A stretch of 64,000 nucleotides of DNA from Alphaproteobacteria bacterium. GTDB taxonomy: Bacteria > Pseudomonadota > Alphaproteobacteria > GM7ARS4 > G965262615. The notes beneath the pieces were generated by a model. The model searched no databases. It was not told the origin of the DNA and saw only the letters and a program-made list of their open reading frames with translations. Location of the stretch: NCBI GenBank assembly GCA_965262615.1, contig OZ253545.1:960001-1024000 (forward strand), read 5' to 3'. This document shows, one piece after another, positions 1 to 9,302 of the stretch (position 1 is its first letter; every line of letters begins with the position of its first letter). The position numbers and the translations under genes are program-made.

Positions 1-587
1 AGGGCATGGTGCGTATTGAGATGCACTTTTTGCCGGATGTCTATGTGGAGTGCGAGCACTGCAAGGGGCATCGTTTTGGCAGAGAGACGCTGCAGGTGCT
101 GTGGCGCAAGAAATCCATTGCCGATGTGCTTGCCATGACGGTGGATGAGGCGTTTGACTTTTTTCGCGCCATCACGGCGGTCAAAAGCAAGCTGGAACTG
201 CTTCATCGGGTGGGGCTGGGATACATCACCCTGGGACAACAAGCCACCACCTTGTCCGGAGGCGAGGCACAGCGTATTCGTCTGGCAAAGGAGCTGTCGC
301 GCCGAGCCACGGGACGCACCCTCTACATTCTTGATGAACCCACCACGGGATTGCACTTTGATGATGTGGCGCAATTGCTCACGGTGTTGCACGAGCTGGT
401 GGGTCAGGGCAACAGCGTGGTGGTGATTGAACACAATCTGGATGTCATCAAGACCGCCGATTGGATTTTAGACATGGGTCCCGAAGGCGGCGATGGCGGC
501 GGACGCATCATTGCCTCCGGCACGCCCGAAACCATTGCCAAAGACCCTCACAGCCACACCGGACGCTTTCTCAAAAAGCTCCTGTAA
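1..587 (+). CDS. uvrA: Excinuclease ABC subunit A, C-terminal part (5' end outside window)
   Basis: [18 protein letters not shown] Zn-finger, [56 protein letters not shown]. Confidence 0.97.
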   Translation, partial: GMVRIEMHFLPDVYVECEHCKGHRFGRETLQVLWRKKSIADVLAMTVDEAFDFFRAITAVKSKLELLHRVGLGYITLGQQATTLSGGEAQRIRLAKELSRRATGRTLYILDEPTTGLHFDDVAQLLTVLHELVGQGNSVVVIEHNLDVIKTADWILDMGPEGGDGGGRIIASGTPETIAKDPHSHTGRFLKKLL

Positions 588-1089
588 AAGGCTTCATGTG
601 GTCATGCAATGAAGACGGCACATCGTCAATGGATGCAATGTGCAGAGCGTTTTGTGTTTGCCCCACCTCATCATCACCGAATGCCACATTGACGACTTCA
701 TCTTCCAGCGTCCACATTGCTCCCGTTGCGGGGTCAACAATCAGCCAGCCGATAAGACCGCCAAAAAACAGATTGCCTGCGACATACCATGCACGCACCG
801 ATGCCGAAAGGGGAACAACGCGCTCGCCGCCACCCGCTTTTGTGAAGACGATGGTGTAATCCGCCCTTTCAAAGTATCCGCCACTGGCTTTGAGAGAGAC
901 GGTGGCGGGGGTGCGTCCGTTGTGGAGGATAATTCCCTGATTATTTTTGACCACAAAGCGCACCCCTTCGGGCGATGACTGAATTGAGACCAAATCGGGC
1001 GATGACCCTTTGACAATACTGGCACAGCCAGCAAGAAGCACCGCCAATGGACACACACTGGCAAGCAGAAAGATGAACCGTTTTTTCAT
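571..1089 (-). CDS. Lipoprotein with PEGA-like domain and glycine-rich hydrophobic hairpin
   Basis: MKKR, hydrophobic stretch and lipobox LLAGC; [14 protein letters not shown]; [22 protein letters not shown]; SD AAGGAG upstream. Confidence 0.7.
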   Translation of the reverse strand: MKKRFIFLLASVCPLAVLLAGCASIVKGSSPDLVSIQSSPEGVRFVVKNNQGIILHNGRTPATVSLKASGGYFERADYTIVFTKAGGGERVVPLSASVRAWYVAGNLFFGGLIGWLIVDPATGAMWTLEDEVVNVAFGDDEVGQTQNALHIASIDDVPSSLHDHMKPFTGAF

Positions 1090-1097
1090 AACGAGAC

Positions 1098-1161
1098 TCC
1101 TTAGGTTAGTTTTTGTTCATAAAGCCCAACTCATGTCGGGCTTTGCAAAGCCACCTAAGGA
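1098..1161 (-). promoter_or_regulatory. Structured 5' leader sequestering the SD of the lipoprotein gene
   Basis: Inverted repeat tccttaggt (1098-1106) / acctaagga (1153-1161) encloses a 10-bp hairpin (1121-1144); the arm nearest the ATG overlaps the SD. Confidence 0.45.
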
Positions 1162-1316
1162 CAGCTCCTACCTATTTCCTTTCCACACGCGAGGCGAGGT
1201 CGGGTGTTGTATTCAGTAAGAAGCCCGACCCACGCACATGGGTCAGACCTTAGGTTTATTGCTCTTACAGAATACAAAAAAACGCTGATATTTTCAATAA
1301 AAATTTACCCGACCTA

Positions 1317-1688
1317 TTATTGGCGAGTGGTATTGCTCAGGTTATATTTTCTTTCAAGCTTCAATTGCTCAATGTGGCGGATTTCTTTGTCCAATTGACT
1401 GACCAGCTTTGTCCTTTCCTCACCTTCGGGCATCGCCAACACATCATTCTTTCGATTGACTAATGCCATCAGCTCAACATTCAAAAGACGCTCATCCATG
1501 CGGTTAATCATCCGCAACAGCAATTCGTTTTGCTTGTCAAGCCGAGCATTAACGGCAGCAAATTGGGAATTAATATCCGCTTTGAATGCCGATATGTGAG
1601 AAGACACATAAAAACCGAATGCGATGGCAATCACCACCATCACGCCCTTTGTTCCAATTGTTTCTGCTGCCAGCTTCCAAAAACTCAT
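1317..1688 (-). CDS. Small membrane-anchored coiled-coil protein, array copy 1 (123 aa)
   Basis: N-terminal hydrophobic helix, heptads, C-terminus TTRQ; paralogous to 1954, 2853 and 4163 ORFs. Confidence 0.8.
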   Translation of the reverse strand: MSFWKLAAETIGTKGVMVVIAIAFGFYVSSHISAFKADINSQFAAVNARLDKQNELLLRMINRMDERLLNVELMALVNRKNDVLAMPEGEERTKLVSQLDKEIRHIEQLKLERKYNLSNTTRQ

Positions 1689-1717
1689 CGTGACATCCTC
1701 ACTTAAGTTATTGTCTT

Positions 1718-1954
1718 TTAATCCCTTTTGTCAAGTTGATTGTGAGGATTTTGAAAATCGACGCAAGAAGCCGAACAGACGCGATTCTTTAGTAAAAGTA
1801 GCGAATTACCAACACAGAATGTTTGACCATTGCGCGGATCAATTAATCTATAAACATAGTGTCCGAGTTCTTTTGTAGTGTCTGAACTAAATTGACCAGC
1901 CACAATGTCCTCCTCCACTTTCTCAATCGCATTGTATTCAGCAAGAAACACCGC
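1718..1954 (-). pseudogene. 5' fragment of LEM-3-like GIY-YIG nuclease
   Basis: LAEYNAIEKVEEDIVAG...YVYRLIDPRNGQTFCVG matches the N-terminus of 3354-4163, then truncates; YVG motif reads CVG. Confidence 0.8.
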
Positions 1955-2307
1955 TACTGACGAGTGGTGTCGTCAAGTTCATATTTTCTTTCAAACTTCA
2001 ATTGTTCAATGTGGCGTATTCTTTTATCCAGTTGGTTCGCCGTATCCGACCTCTCCTGACTATCGGGCTGAGCCAGCACAATATCTTTTCTATTGTTTAA
2101 TGCCATCAGCTCAACATCCAAAAGACGCTCATCTATGCGCTTAAACATCCGCATCAAAAATTCGTTTTGTTCGTCAAACCGAGCATCAAGATCCGTTTTG
2201 AATTCTGATATGTGAGAAGAAACATAAAAAGTGGCTGCGATGGCAATCATCACCAGCACGCCGGTTCTTCCAATTGTTTCTGTTGCCAGCTTCCAAAAAC
2301 TCATCAT
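1954..2307 (-). CDS. Small membrane-anchored coiled-coil protein, copy 2 (shortest stalk)
   Basis: Paralog of copies 1, 3 and 4; start set at MMSFWK by homology. Confidence 0.8.
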   Translation of the reverse strand: MMSFWKLATETIGRTGVLVMIAIAATFYVSSHISEFKTDLDARFDEQNEFLMRMFKRIDERLLDVELMALNNRKDIVLAQPDSQERSDTANQLDKRIRHIEQLKFERKYELDDTTRQ

Positions 2308-2410
2308 GACATCCTTACTCAAATTATTGTCTTTTAATCCCTTTTGTCAAGTTGATTGTGAGGCTTTCTAAAATCAACCCATGAGGCTATGCAACAGAGC
2401 CTATTCTTTA

Positions 2411-2770
2411 TTACCAAGAATAGTGAACAGGCGAGGCATCGCCTTTGTCTTTTGGCAATATTTTTCCTAGAAAAAGCTTTTTAACATCATCAGGAGCTTC
2501 TTCTCCTTCAAAGCCGTATCTGTCTGGCTCGCCTTCTTCATTTGGAAAATTTTCTTTTGTTGCTTCCATCCATCTATCTGCGACAAAAACGCCCACGACC
2601 ACTCCATGTTGCTCAGCCAACACATAATCAGCTTCTTGCGCCCTATCTACATCAATTTTCCACGCATATCTGACCGCGTCATAAACACCTTTTTCGTCAG
2701 CCGTATGGTTGACATTGACGAACATTAATTGCAGTCCATCCATATCCTCTTTTTTAATTTCTTCAGTCAT
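2411..2770 (-). CDS. Stand-alone C-terminal domain of the GIY-YIG protein (no nuclease domain)
   Basis: YDAVRYAWKIDVDRAQEADYVLA...GFEGEEAPD aligns with the C-half of 3354-4163; own SD GGAGG. Confidence 0.7.
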   Translation of the reverse strand: MTEEIKKEDMDGLQLMFVNVNHTADEKGVYDAVRYAWKIDVDRAQEADYVLAEQHGVVVGVFVADRWMEATKENFPNEEGEPDRYGFEGEEAPDDVKKLFLGKILPKDKGDASPVHYSW

Positions 2771-2852
2771 AATGGAATCCTCCAGTATCGGTTTGTGTAT
2801 TCAGAGAATATCAAAAGCACGGATAATTAGCAAGGGCAATTCACCCGACCCA

Positions 2853-3245
2853 TTATTGGCGAGTGGCATCGTTCAAGTCATATTTTCTGTCAAACTTCAA
2901 TTGCTCAATACGGCGTATTTCTTTGTCCAATTGACTGACCAGTTTTGTCCTTTCCTCACCTTCAGGCATCGCCAACACATGATCCTTTCTATTGTTTAAT
3001 GCCATCAGTTCAACATTCAAAAGACGCTCATCCATGCGTTGAATCATCCGCAGCAACAATTCGTTTTGCTTGTCAAGCCGAGCATTAACGGCAGCAAATT
3101 GGGCATTAACATCCGCAAATTGGGCATTAATATCCGCTTTGAATGCCGATATGTGAGAAGACACATAAAAACCGAATGCGATGGCAATCATCACCAGAAC
3201 GCCGGTTCTTCCAATTGTTTCTGTTGCCAGCTTCCAAAAACTCAT
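2853..3245 (-). CDS. Small membrane-anchored coiled-coil protein, copy 3
   Basis: Paralog with one more heptad (NAQFADV) than copy 1. Confidence 0.8.
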   Translation of the reverse strand: MSFWKLATETIGRTGVLVMIAIAFGFYVSSHISAFKADINAQFADVNAQFAAVNARLDKQNELLLRMIQRMDERLLNVELMALNNRKDHVLAMPEGEERTKLVSQLDKEIRRIEQLKFDRKYDLNDATRQ

Positions 3246-3353
3246 CGTCACACCCTTCCCTATGCTAAATTATTGTCTTTTGATTCCTTTTGTCAAGTTG
3301 ATTGTGAGGATTTTGAAAATCAACGCAAGAAGCCGAACAGACGCGATTTCCTA

Positions 3354-4163
3354 TCAACCCCTGTCGTAAAAATAGCGAACAGGCGATGCCTCTCCTTTTT
3401 TTCTTTTCATGCCGTCTGGCAATCTTCTTCTGTGAAAAAATTTTTTAATTTCATCAGGAGCTTCTTTTCCTTCAAAGCCCCATCTTTTTGACACGCCCTC
3501 TTTGCCTGGAAAATTTCTTGTTGTTGCCTTCATCCATTTCTCTGCGATAAAAACGCCCTTTACCAATCCCTGCTGGATAGCCAACACATAATCAGCTTCG
3601 CGCGCTCTATCTACATTAATTCTCCACGCATATCTGACCGCATCATATGCTTCTTCTTCGCCAGCTGTTCTGTTGATATTGATGAGCAGCAACTTATAGC
3701 GTTTGATATCCTCTTCTTGAATTTCCTTTGCTTCATACTTTTCAATCACTTGTTTGGCGTGCATGACACCGCGATCGGCATAATGTCCCGAAATTTCATT
3801 TAATACTTCGGGATAAGCATCAATTAATGCCGCTTCCACTTCAAAAGCTGTGTTCTCATCTAAGCCATGACGATGGATAATGTGGGCAACTTTGAAGCCA
3901 TCGTTTTTAATCTGTGCAATGCGTTTTATTTTGTCACTGTTTTGGTCGACTTCTTCCTCCGTCATATCCTCCATGACACCATCAGCGTGTTGAAAGACGC
4001 GATCCCCTTTGCCTTTGCCAACATAGAATGTTTGACCATTGCGCGGGTCAATTAATCTATAAACATAGTACTTGAGTTTTTCTGCGGTTTCTAAACGAAA
4101 TCGACCAGCCACAATGTCCTCCTCCACTTTTCCAATCGCATTGTATTCAGCAAGAGACACCAC
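3354..4163 (-). CDS. LEM-3/ANKLE1-like GIY-YIG nuclease (269 aa)
   Basis: YYVYRLIDPRNGQTFYVGKGKGDRVFQH, EVEAALID and LN..SGH motifs; GTG start overlaps the upstream TAG. Confidence 0.85.
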   Translation of the reverse strand: MVSLAEYNAIGKVEEDIVAGRFRLETAEKLKYYVYRLIDPRNGQTFYVGKGKGDRVFQHADGVMEDMTEEEVDQNSDKIKRIAQIKNDGFKVAHIIHRHGLDENTAFEVEAALIDAYPEVLNEISGHYADRGVMHAKQVIEKYEAKEIQEEDIKRYKLLLININRTAGEEEAYDAVRYAWRINVDRAREADYVLAIQQGLVKGVFIAEKWMKATTRNFPGKEGVSKRWGFEGKEAPDEIKKFFHRRRLPDGMKRKKGEASPVRYFYDRG

Positions 4164-4654
4164 TACTGACGAGTGGTGTCGTCAAGTTCATATTTTCTTT
4201 CAAACTTCAATTGCTCAATGTGGCGGATTTCTTTGTCCAATTGACTGACCAGCTTTGCCCTTTCCTCACTTTGAGGCATCGCCAGCACATCATTCCTTCG
4301 ATTGACCAATGCCATCAGTTCAACATTCAAAAGACGCTCATCCATGCGTTGAATCATCCGCAGCAACAATTCGTTTTGCTCGTCAAACCGAGCATCCATG
4401 GCATCAAACCGAGCATCCATGGCATCAAATCTGGCATCCATGGCATCAAATCTGGCTTCAAATTTGGCATCCATGGCATCAAATTCGGCTTCAAATTTGG
4501 TATCCATGGCGGCGATTTGGGAATCAATATCCGTTTTGAATTCTGATACATGAAAATAAAATGTAAAAGACACATAAAAAGTGCCCGCGATGGCAATCAT
4601 CACCAGCGCGCCCGTCCTTCCAATTGATTCTGTGATCAGCTTCCAAACACTCAT
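4163..4654 (-). CDS. Small membrane-anchored coiled-coil protein, copy 4 (longest; MDARFDA repeats)
   Basis: Paralog with 21-bp and 33-bp in-frame repeats at about 4386-4510. Confidence 0.8.
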   Translation of the reverse strand: MSVWKLITESIGRTGALVMIAIAGTFYVSFTFYFHVSEFKTDIDSQIAAMDTKFEAEFDAMDAKFEARFDAMDARFDAMDARFDAMDARFDEQNELLLRMIQRMDERLLNVELMALVNRRNDVLAMPQSEERAKLVSQLDKEIRHIEQLKFERKYELDDTTRQ

Positions 4655-4672
4655 CGCACCATCCTTCCTTAA

Positions 4673-4700
4673 ATTATTGTCTTTTAATCCCTTTTGTCAA
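4673..4700 (-). promoter_or_regulatory. Sigma70-type promoter repeated before each array copy (also 1707-1734, 2323-2350, 3269-3296)
   Basis: TTGACA-N16-AATAAT (AATAAC in copy 1) inside a repeated intergenic block. Confidence 0.6.
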
Positions 4701-4786
4701 GTTGATTGTGAGGCTTTCTAAAATCAACCCATGAGGCTATGCAACAAAAGAGCGTCAATCGTTCCTCAATTCACAGAGAAAAGTTG

Positions 4787-7700
4787 ATGACACAATACAA
4801 AAAATGGTTGGCGGGGATGGTGGCACTGAGCGTCATGCCATCAGGCGCACACGGTCTGCCGGACAAATGCGCCATCAGCAGTGATGCCAATGACAATAAC
4901 AAAGTCACCATCAATTGCGAGGGCAATCACTCATTGGGCATCACGGAATCCGACATGATGACCGGCACAACTCCCGCCCAATGGGGCGAGGTGACCATCA
5001 ATCTTCGCAATCTCACCCACGACATCAACACGGTCGCATCCAGAAAAACTGCCATTTTATTTGGTTATGACCTTGGTCCCACCACAGGGAACATCATCGT
5101 CAATAATCAGATTCATGATGCCACCCGGCACACCATCACGGGATATGAGGAGGGCTTATTTATTGCTGGCAACAGTGGCGGCACGGTGACACTCAACAAT
5201 GCGGGCACCATTAGCATCACGGGAGGCAGAGGCGATGCGGTGGAGCTGAATGCCCCTCAGGGATCCCATCTGGTGAATACCGGCAGGATTATTGGCATGG
5301 GAACAAATTCCAATGGTGTGCAGCTGGATCAGTCTTTGGGGGACGGGGCATTGTCGCTCGTCAATCGCAATCTCATTGAAACCCGTGGTGATGGGGGGCG
5401 CGCCGTGCATTTCAACATGTTATCGGCTCGCAGTCAGACAGCAGGAGCGGTGACCATTCACAATGAAAGTGGCGGTGTCATTCGCACCCAAGCCGACAGA
5501 GTCAGTTACTATTTACCCGAAGCGGTGATTATTCCCATCAGTCGGACTTTTTCCACAGTGACGCTGGAAAACGCGGGGCTCATTGAAGCCATTGGGTCAG
5601 GGGGCAGCGGCGTGGATATTGTCAGTCGCGATAATCAAGGTGAGAGCGTCACGGTTCTCAACAAAAGCGGCGGGCGTATTCATGCCAGTGGTGACCTCTA
5701 TGAAGATCCTCAAGGCAGGCATTATGATGCCAACGGTGTGCAAATTATCATGAAGCAACAAGCGGTGGCAATCACGGTGGAAAATGGCGAGACCAATGCC
5801 CCCAAAGACAGCAGCATCATCGCCACAGGCACGGGCGGCAGAGGTGTCTATGTGCAGGTGGATGGCAATAAAGCAGGCGGCGATGTCATGATTCGCAACC
5901 ACGCACGAGGCACGATTGCCACCCGTCTGCCACGAGGGCTGACTCTTTTGACCCAAGGGGATAATCCCGACCGCAGTGATGCCATTCGCATTGAAGCCCC
6001 CAGCAGCGCAGGCGCAATGACGGTGGATAATGCAGGATTGATAGAGGCATGGCGCAACGGTGGGCATGGGGTGTCCGCCATTCTCACCAGTGGGACGGGC
6101 GGTGGCTTTTCTTTGACCAACCGAGCAGGGGCAACCATTGACACTCGCGGCGCACTGCAAGACACCATCGGTAGCGATGCGGTGTATATCAGTGCCGTGA
6201 GCGGCGGCAAGGCAATGACGGTGGATAACAGTGGCACGATTCGCGCTGGCGGCTCTCACAGTCGGGCGGTGTCCATTTTGATGAGCCGCAGCACGGGGGA
6301 TGCCACCATCACCAACAGGGCAACGGGCATCATGAGCACCGTGCCCTATCCCACCAGTCCCACCACCAGCAGCACCATTGCCGAACACGGCATTTATATT
6401 GATGCCAAAAATGCCACAGGGGATGTGAGCGTCACCAATCAGGGGCATATTGAGGTGGGACATCAAAACAGCGATGGCATTTATATTGATGCCGCCAGTA
6501 GCACAGGGGATGTGTCGGTGATTCATGAGGGCGCACTGGTGCTGCATGATGAAACCAGCACCGCCACCACCATCAAAGGAGGCTCATCAGCCATTGAACT
6601 GCGCTACAAAAGAAATGCCGTCATGGCTCTGCTGGCGGACGGGCACGATTTGAATCTGCTCTCCCTCACTGGCGGCAGCACCGCCACCAATGACCCCAAT
6701 GACATCACCATTGAATCCTTCGTGGGCATGGAGGGCGGCATAAAGACGGGCGCGGGCGTTGAGCGTCTCACCATTGAGAAGGATGCCACCCTAATCATGA
6801 CCTCATTGGACATGGGAACGGGCAACGATCGCATCGTTGTCAATGGCACGCTGGGATTGCTGCCACGCACCTACAATAATGTGGAGACATTGTCTCAGGG
6901 GGCAACGGGGCGATTGTATTTTTTGCAAGCCAGTCAAAAGTCTCATGCCGACTTTGGCTCTGCCGCGCTCACTTTGGCAGGAGACATTGTGTTGGGCGAT
7001 GACTTTGAGATGCTGGTGGGCGATGACGATGTCATTTTAGAAACCGATGGCAGATTGAATGTGGATGATTTAGACCCCGTGCTGCAATTTGCCAGTGATT
7101 CGGCGGTGCACAATCAGTATTCGTGGACCAGTCAGAGCCATACTGTGTCGGTGGCGCGCGATTTTCGCTTTGTGTCGGATTCATCGGTGGTGGGAGAGCG
7201 TTTGACATCGGTGGCGCGCTATTTAGATGAGGTGATTGCCGCCACCAAAGGAGATTCGTTGTCTGCCGCCAATAAACTGGCTCTCAAACGCATGGCGACC
7301 GCCATTGCCGATGAGGCGGCAACCAGTGGTTTTCAAGACGGTCTCAATGTGGTGAGTGGAGCGGTTTATGGGGCGATCAATGAGTTTGCCTATCAGTCTC
7401 ATCAATCGTTTATGCGTCAGATTTTTGATGACCCGTGCCATCTGCCTGTTGCGGATCGTGTTGTGGATGTGGAGGGCAGTCAGTCTTTTTTGCTGTTTGA
7501 CGGTGACGGCGAATCCATAGCGGTGGGAGGAGTCCAGCCTCTGCCTGATTCCTTGCGAAACAAAGAAGAGGTGGATGATGTGGATGACCCTGTGGTGTTA
7601 TGGGACACCGCGCCGCATCGCTCGTGTGAGTTTATCGCCTTTGGCGGCGGCGTGACCCAAAGCAAAAACTCACAAGAATCGGCTGGATTTGATGAATACA

Positions 7701-8494
7701 GTCGCTTCATGCTCACGGGAGGCATTCGCTGGCGTCCTGTGGACGAGACCGATTTCACATTCACGCTGGCGGGACAATATCAATCATCTCATCATCAAAG
7801 TGACACCGATGCGGTGGGAGAGAGCGCGGGCGTGGGGCATCATGTGCGAGCGGCAGCCGCACTGTCTCATGATTGGTTGCTGGATGACGCGCTCTATGAT
7901 GTCATGGTGGGAATCGTGGGAGGCTACAGTCAGTATGATATTGACAGGCGCATGAATGCCGCCGAGAATGTCACCATGGGGGCGCGCGGGAAGGCAAACA
8001 TTGCAACGGTGGGGGCGCGCGCAGGCAATAGCATTCGCTTTGCCCTGTCTCATTGGTTTATAGAGCCATTTGCTCACTATGATTGGACTCACATTCGTTT
8101 TGGTCAATTGGATGAGACGGGCGATACACTGGCACTCTCTGTGGGGGCGATCAATGATTGGATGCAGACGGTATCGGCGGGACTCAAAGTGGGCGCGCGC
8201 TTTGAAATCGGAGGCGGACAACTCATTGAATCGGATGTGACGGTCAGCTTTTCTCGTCTGCTTCATCACAAAGAACAGCGTGATTCCAATCAATTATTAC
8301 TGTTGGATGACTCCATTGTGGCAGGTGACATGATGAACGGATTTTACACCACCCCCAACATGTTGTTTGTCTCGGCTGGATGGAAGCTGCTGGGCAGTGA
8401 GGATATTATTGGCTCTTTGACCTATGATGGCGTTGTGCCTCTGACACAACACAAGGTGACCAGTCATTCGGGACGCTTGCAGCTGTATTTTTAA
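4787..8494 (+). CDS. Autotransporter (type Va) adhesin-like protein
   Basis: Signal peptide ending AHG, beta-helix repeats (NxGxI), beta-barrel-like C-terminal ~300 aa ending LQLYF; start probably ATG 4787 (ORF opens at 4739). Confidence 0.8.
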   Translation: MTQYKKWLAGMVALSVMPSGAHGLPDKCAISSDANDNNKVTINCEGNHSLGITESDMMTGTTPAQWGEVTINLRNLTHDINTVASRKTAILFGYDLGPTTGNIIVNNQIHDATRHTITGYEEGLFIAGNSGGTVTLNNAGTISITGGRGDAVELNAPQGSHLVNTGRIIGMGTNSNGVQLDQSLGDGALSLVNRNLIETRGDGGRAVHFNMLSARSQTAGAVTIHNESGGVIRTQADRVSYYLPEAVIIPISRTFSTVTLENAGLIEAIGSGGSGVDIVSRDNQGESVTVLNKSGGRIHASGDLYEDPQGRHYDANGVQIIMKQQAVAITVENGETNAPKDSSIIATGTGGRGVYVQVDGNKAGGDVMIRNHARGTIATRLPRGLTLLTQGDNPDRSDAIRIEAPSSAGAMTVDNAGLIEAWRNGGHGVSAILTSGTGGGFSLTNRAGATIDTRGALQDTIGSDAVYISAVSGGKAMTVDNSGTIRAGGSHSRAVSILMSRSTGDATITNRATGIMSTVPYPTSPTTSSTIAEHGIYIDAKNATGDVSVTNQGHIEVGHQNSDGIYIDAASSTGDVSVIHEGALVLHDETSTATTIKGGSSAIELRYKRNAVMALLADGHDLNLLSLTGGSTATNDPNDITIESFVGMEGGIKTGAGVERLTIEKDATLIMTSLDMGTGNDRIVVNGTLGLLPRTYNNVETLSQGATGRLYFLQASQKSHADFGSAALTLAGDIVLGDDFEMLVGDDDVILETDGRLNVDDLDPVLQFASDSAVHNQYSWTSQSHTVSVARDFRFVSDSSVVGERLTSVARYLDEVIAATKGDSLSAANKLALKRMATAIADEAATSGFQDGLNVVSGAVYGAINEFAYQSHQSFMRQIFDDPCHLPVADRVVDVEGSQSFLLFDGDGESIAVGGVQPLPDSLRNKEEVDDVDDPVVLWDTAPHRSCEFIAFGGGVTQSKNSQESAGFDEYSRFMLTGGIRWRPVDETDFTFTLAGQYQSSHHQSDTDAVGESAGVGHHVRAAAALSHDWLLDDALYDVMVGIVGGYSQYDIDRRMNAAENVTMGARGKANIATVGARAGNSIRFALSHWFIEPFAHYDWTHIRFGQLDETGDTLALSVGAINDWMQTVSAGLKVGARFEIGGGQLIESDVTVSFSRLLHHKEQRDSNQLLLLDDSIVAGDMMNGFYTTPNMLFVSAGWKLLGSEDIIGSLTYDGVVPLTQHKVTSHSGRLQLYF

Positions 8495-8605
8495 AAGGGA
8501 CTCATATACAATCTGACCCAAACGCGGCATCATCCCAAAAAAATGGAGTTGATGACCCCTATGCCCCCTCGACCAAACGGGGGGCGTGGTGCATGTAGGT
8601 TGTTT

Positions 8606-8977
8606 TTACCTTCCGCAATATTTAGACCATGCACGCCCAAAATCGGATACTTCACTCTCAAGAAATGTTGCATACACTGTGCCAGAAGAAAGAAAACGCT
8701 GAAAGCCAGTATAGCCCCCAAAAGAATTCTTAGAATTTACCTCACCACAAGCAACAGGAACTTTATTAGGGCTACGATAGAGAAAAACATTTCTAAATTT
8801 TGCTGAATCTGGATCTTTCAGTTTCTCTCTAACCATTTTTTTCCCGAATTCCATCCATGTGAAATCATCTATCTTATCGAAATCACGCGTCATATCCCTA
8901 CCAAAACTATCATTGTTTGAACCTATAGCCATCATCAATAAAACAATAGCAAAAAGCACTGCATATCTTAACTGCAT
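8606..8977 (-). CDS. Small exported protein with LKDPDSAKF / CGEVNSKNSFGGYTG motif
   Basis: Hydrophobic N-terminus from MQLRY with SD GAGG; motif recalls small hypothetical proteins of mobile DNA. Confidence 0.65.
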   Translation of the reverse strand: MQLRYAVLFAIVLLMMAIGSNNDSFGRDMTRDFDKIDDFTWMEFGKKMVREKLKDPDSAKFRNVFLYRSPNKVPVACGEVNSKNSFGGYTGFQRFLSSGTVYATFLESEVSDFGRAWSKYCGR

Positions 8978-9044
8978 AATTCCGTCCTCTTGATGCGAGC
9001 CGTGATTATAGTATTGGTCTCTCAATTTGTAAAGAGCGATATTA

Positions 9045-9089
9045 GGCGGTGTGCGAAGAGTCATCCCCGACAAACAAAAATGGGGGTGA
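9045..9089 (+). pseudogene. Relic of the last 14 codons of an HNH-HIT gene
   Basis: Encodes GGVRRVIPDKQKWG-stop versus GGVRGVIPDKQKWG-stop of 52349-53338. Confidence 0.8.
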
Positions 9090-9182
9090 TAATCGCTATG
9101 AGTGGTATTGTAATTTAATAACGGAAACTCCCTCGCGTCCATCCATTGACATAAGGTGGTGTGAAGCGTCTGGCATCTTTGG

Positions 9183-9224
9183 CGGGAAACCGTGCCGATG
9201 GTTCGAATCTCGCACCGTCCGCCG
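9183..9224 (+). pseudogene. Degenerate 3' fragment of tRNA-Ser
   Basis: Variable arm cgg-gaaa-ccg, GGTTCGAATC T-loop, ccgtccgcc end; homologous to 52186-52249. Confidence 0.6.
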
Positions 9225-9302
9225 ATTGCCGAAAAGACTGCGTAAAAATTATAATTCTTGGAGTGGTAGCAAACTTTCACCTAACAATGTATATGGTTTT
9301 GG

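Noticed and set aside
3354-4163. GIY-YIG plus ankyrin genes as a split eukaryotic ANKLE1
   Set aside because: The loci are 30 kb apart, most ANKs are secreted, and stand-alone bacterial LEM-3-like nucleases are known.
8978-9280. N-terminal 100 aa of the 224-aa ORF 8606-9280, and its look-alike ORF 52167-52436
   Set aside because: Antisense read-through of the HIT/tRNA relic spacer; the plausible start with SD is at 8977.
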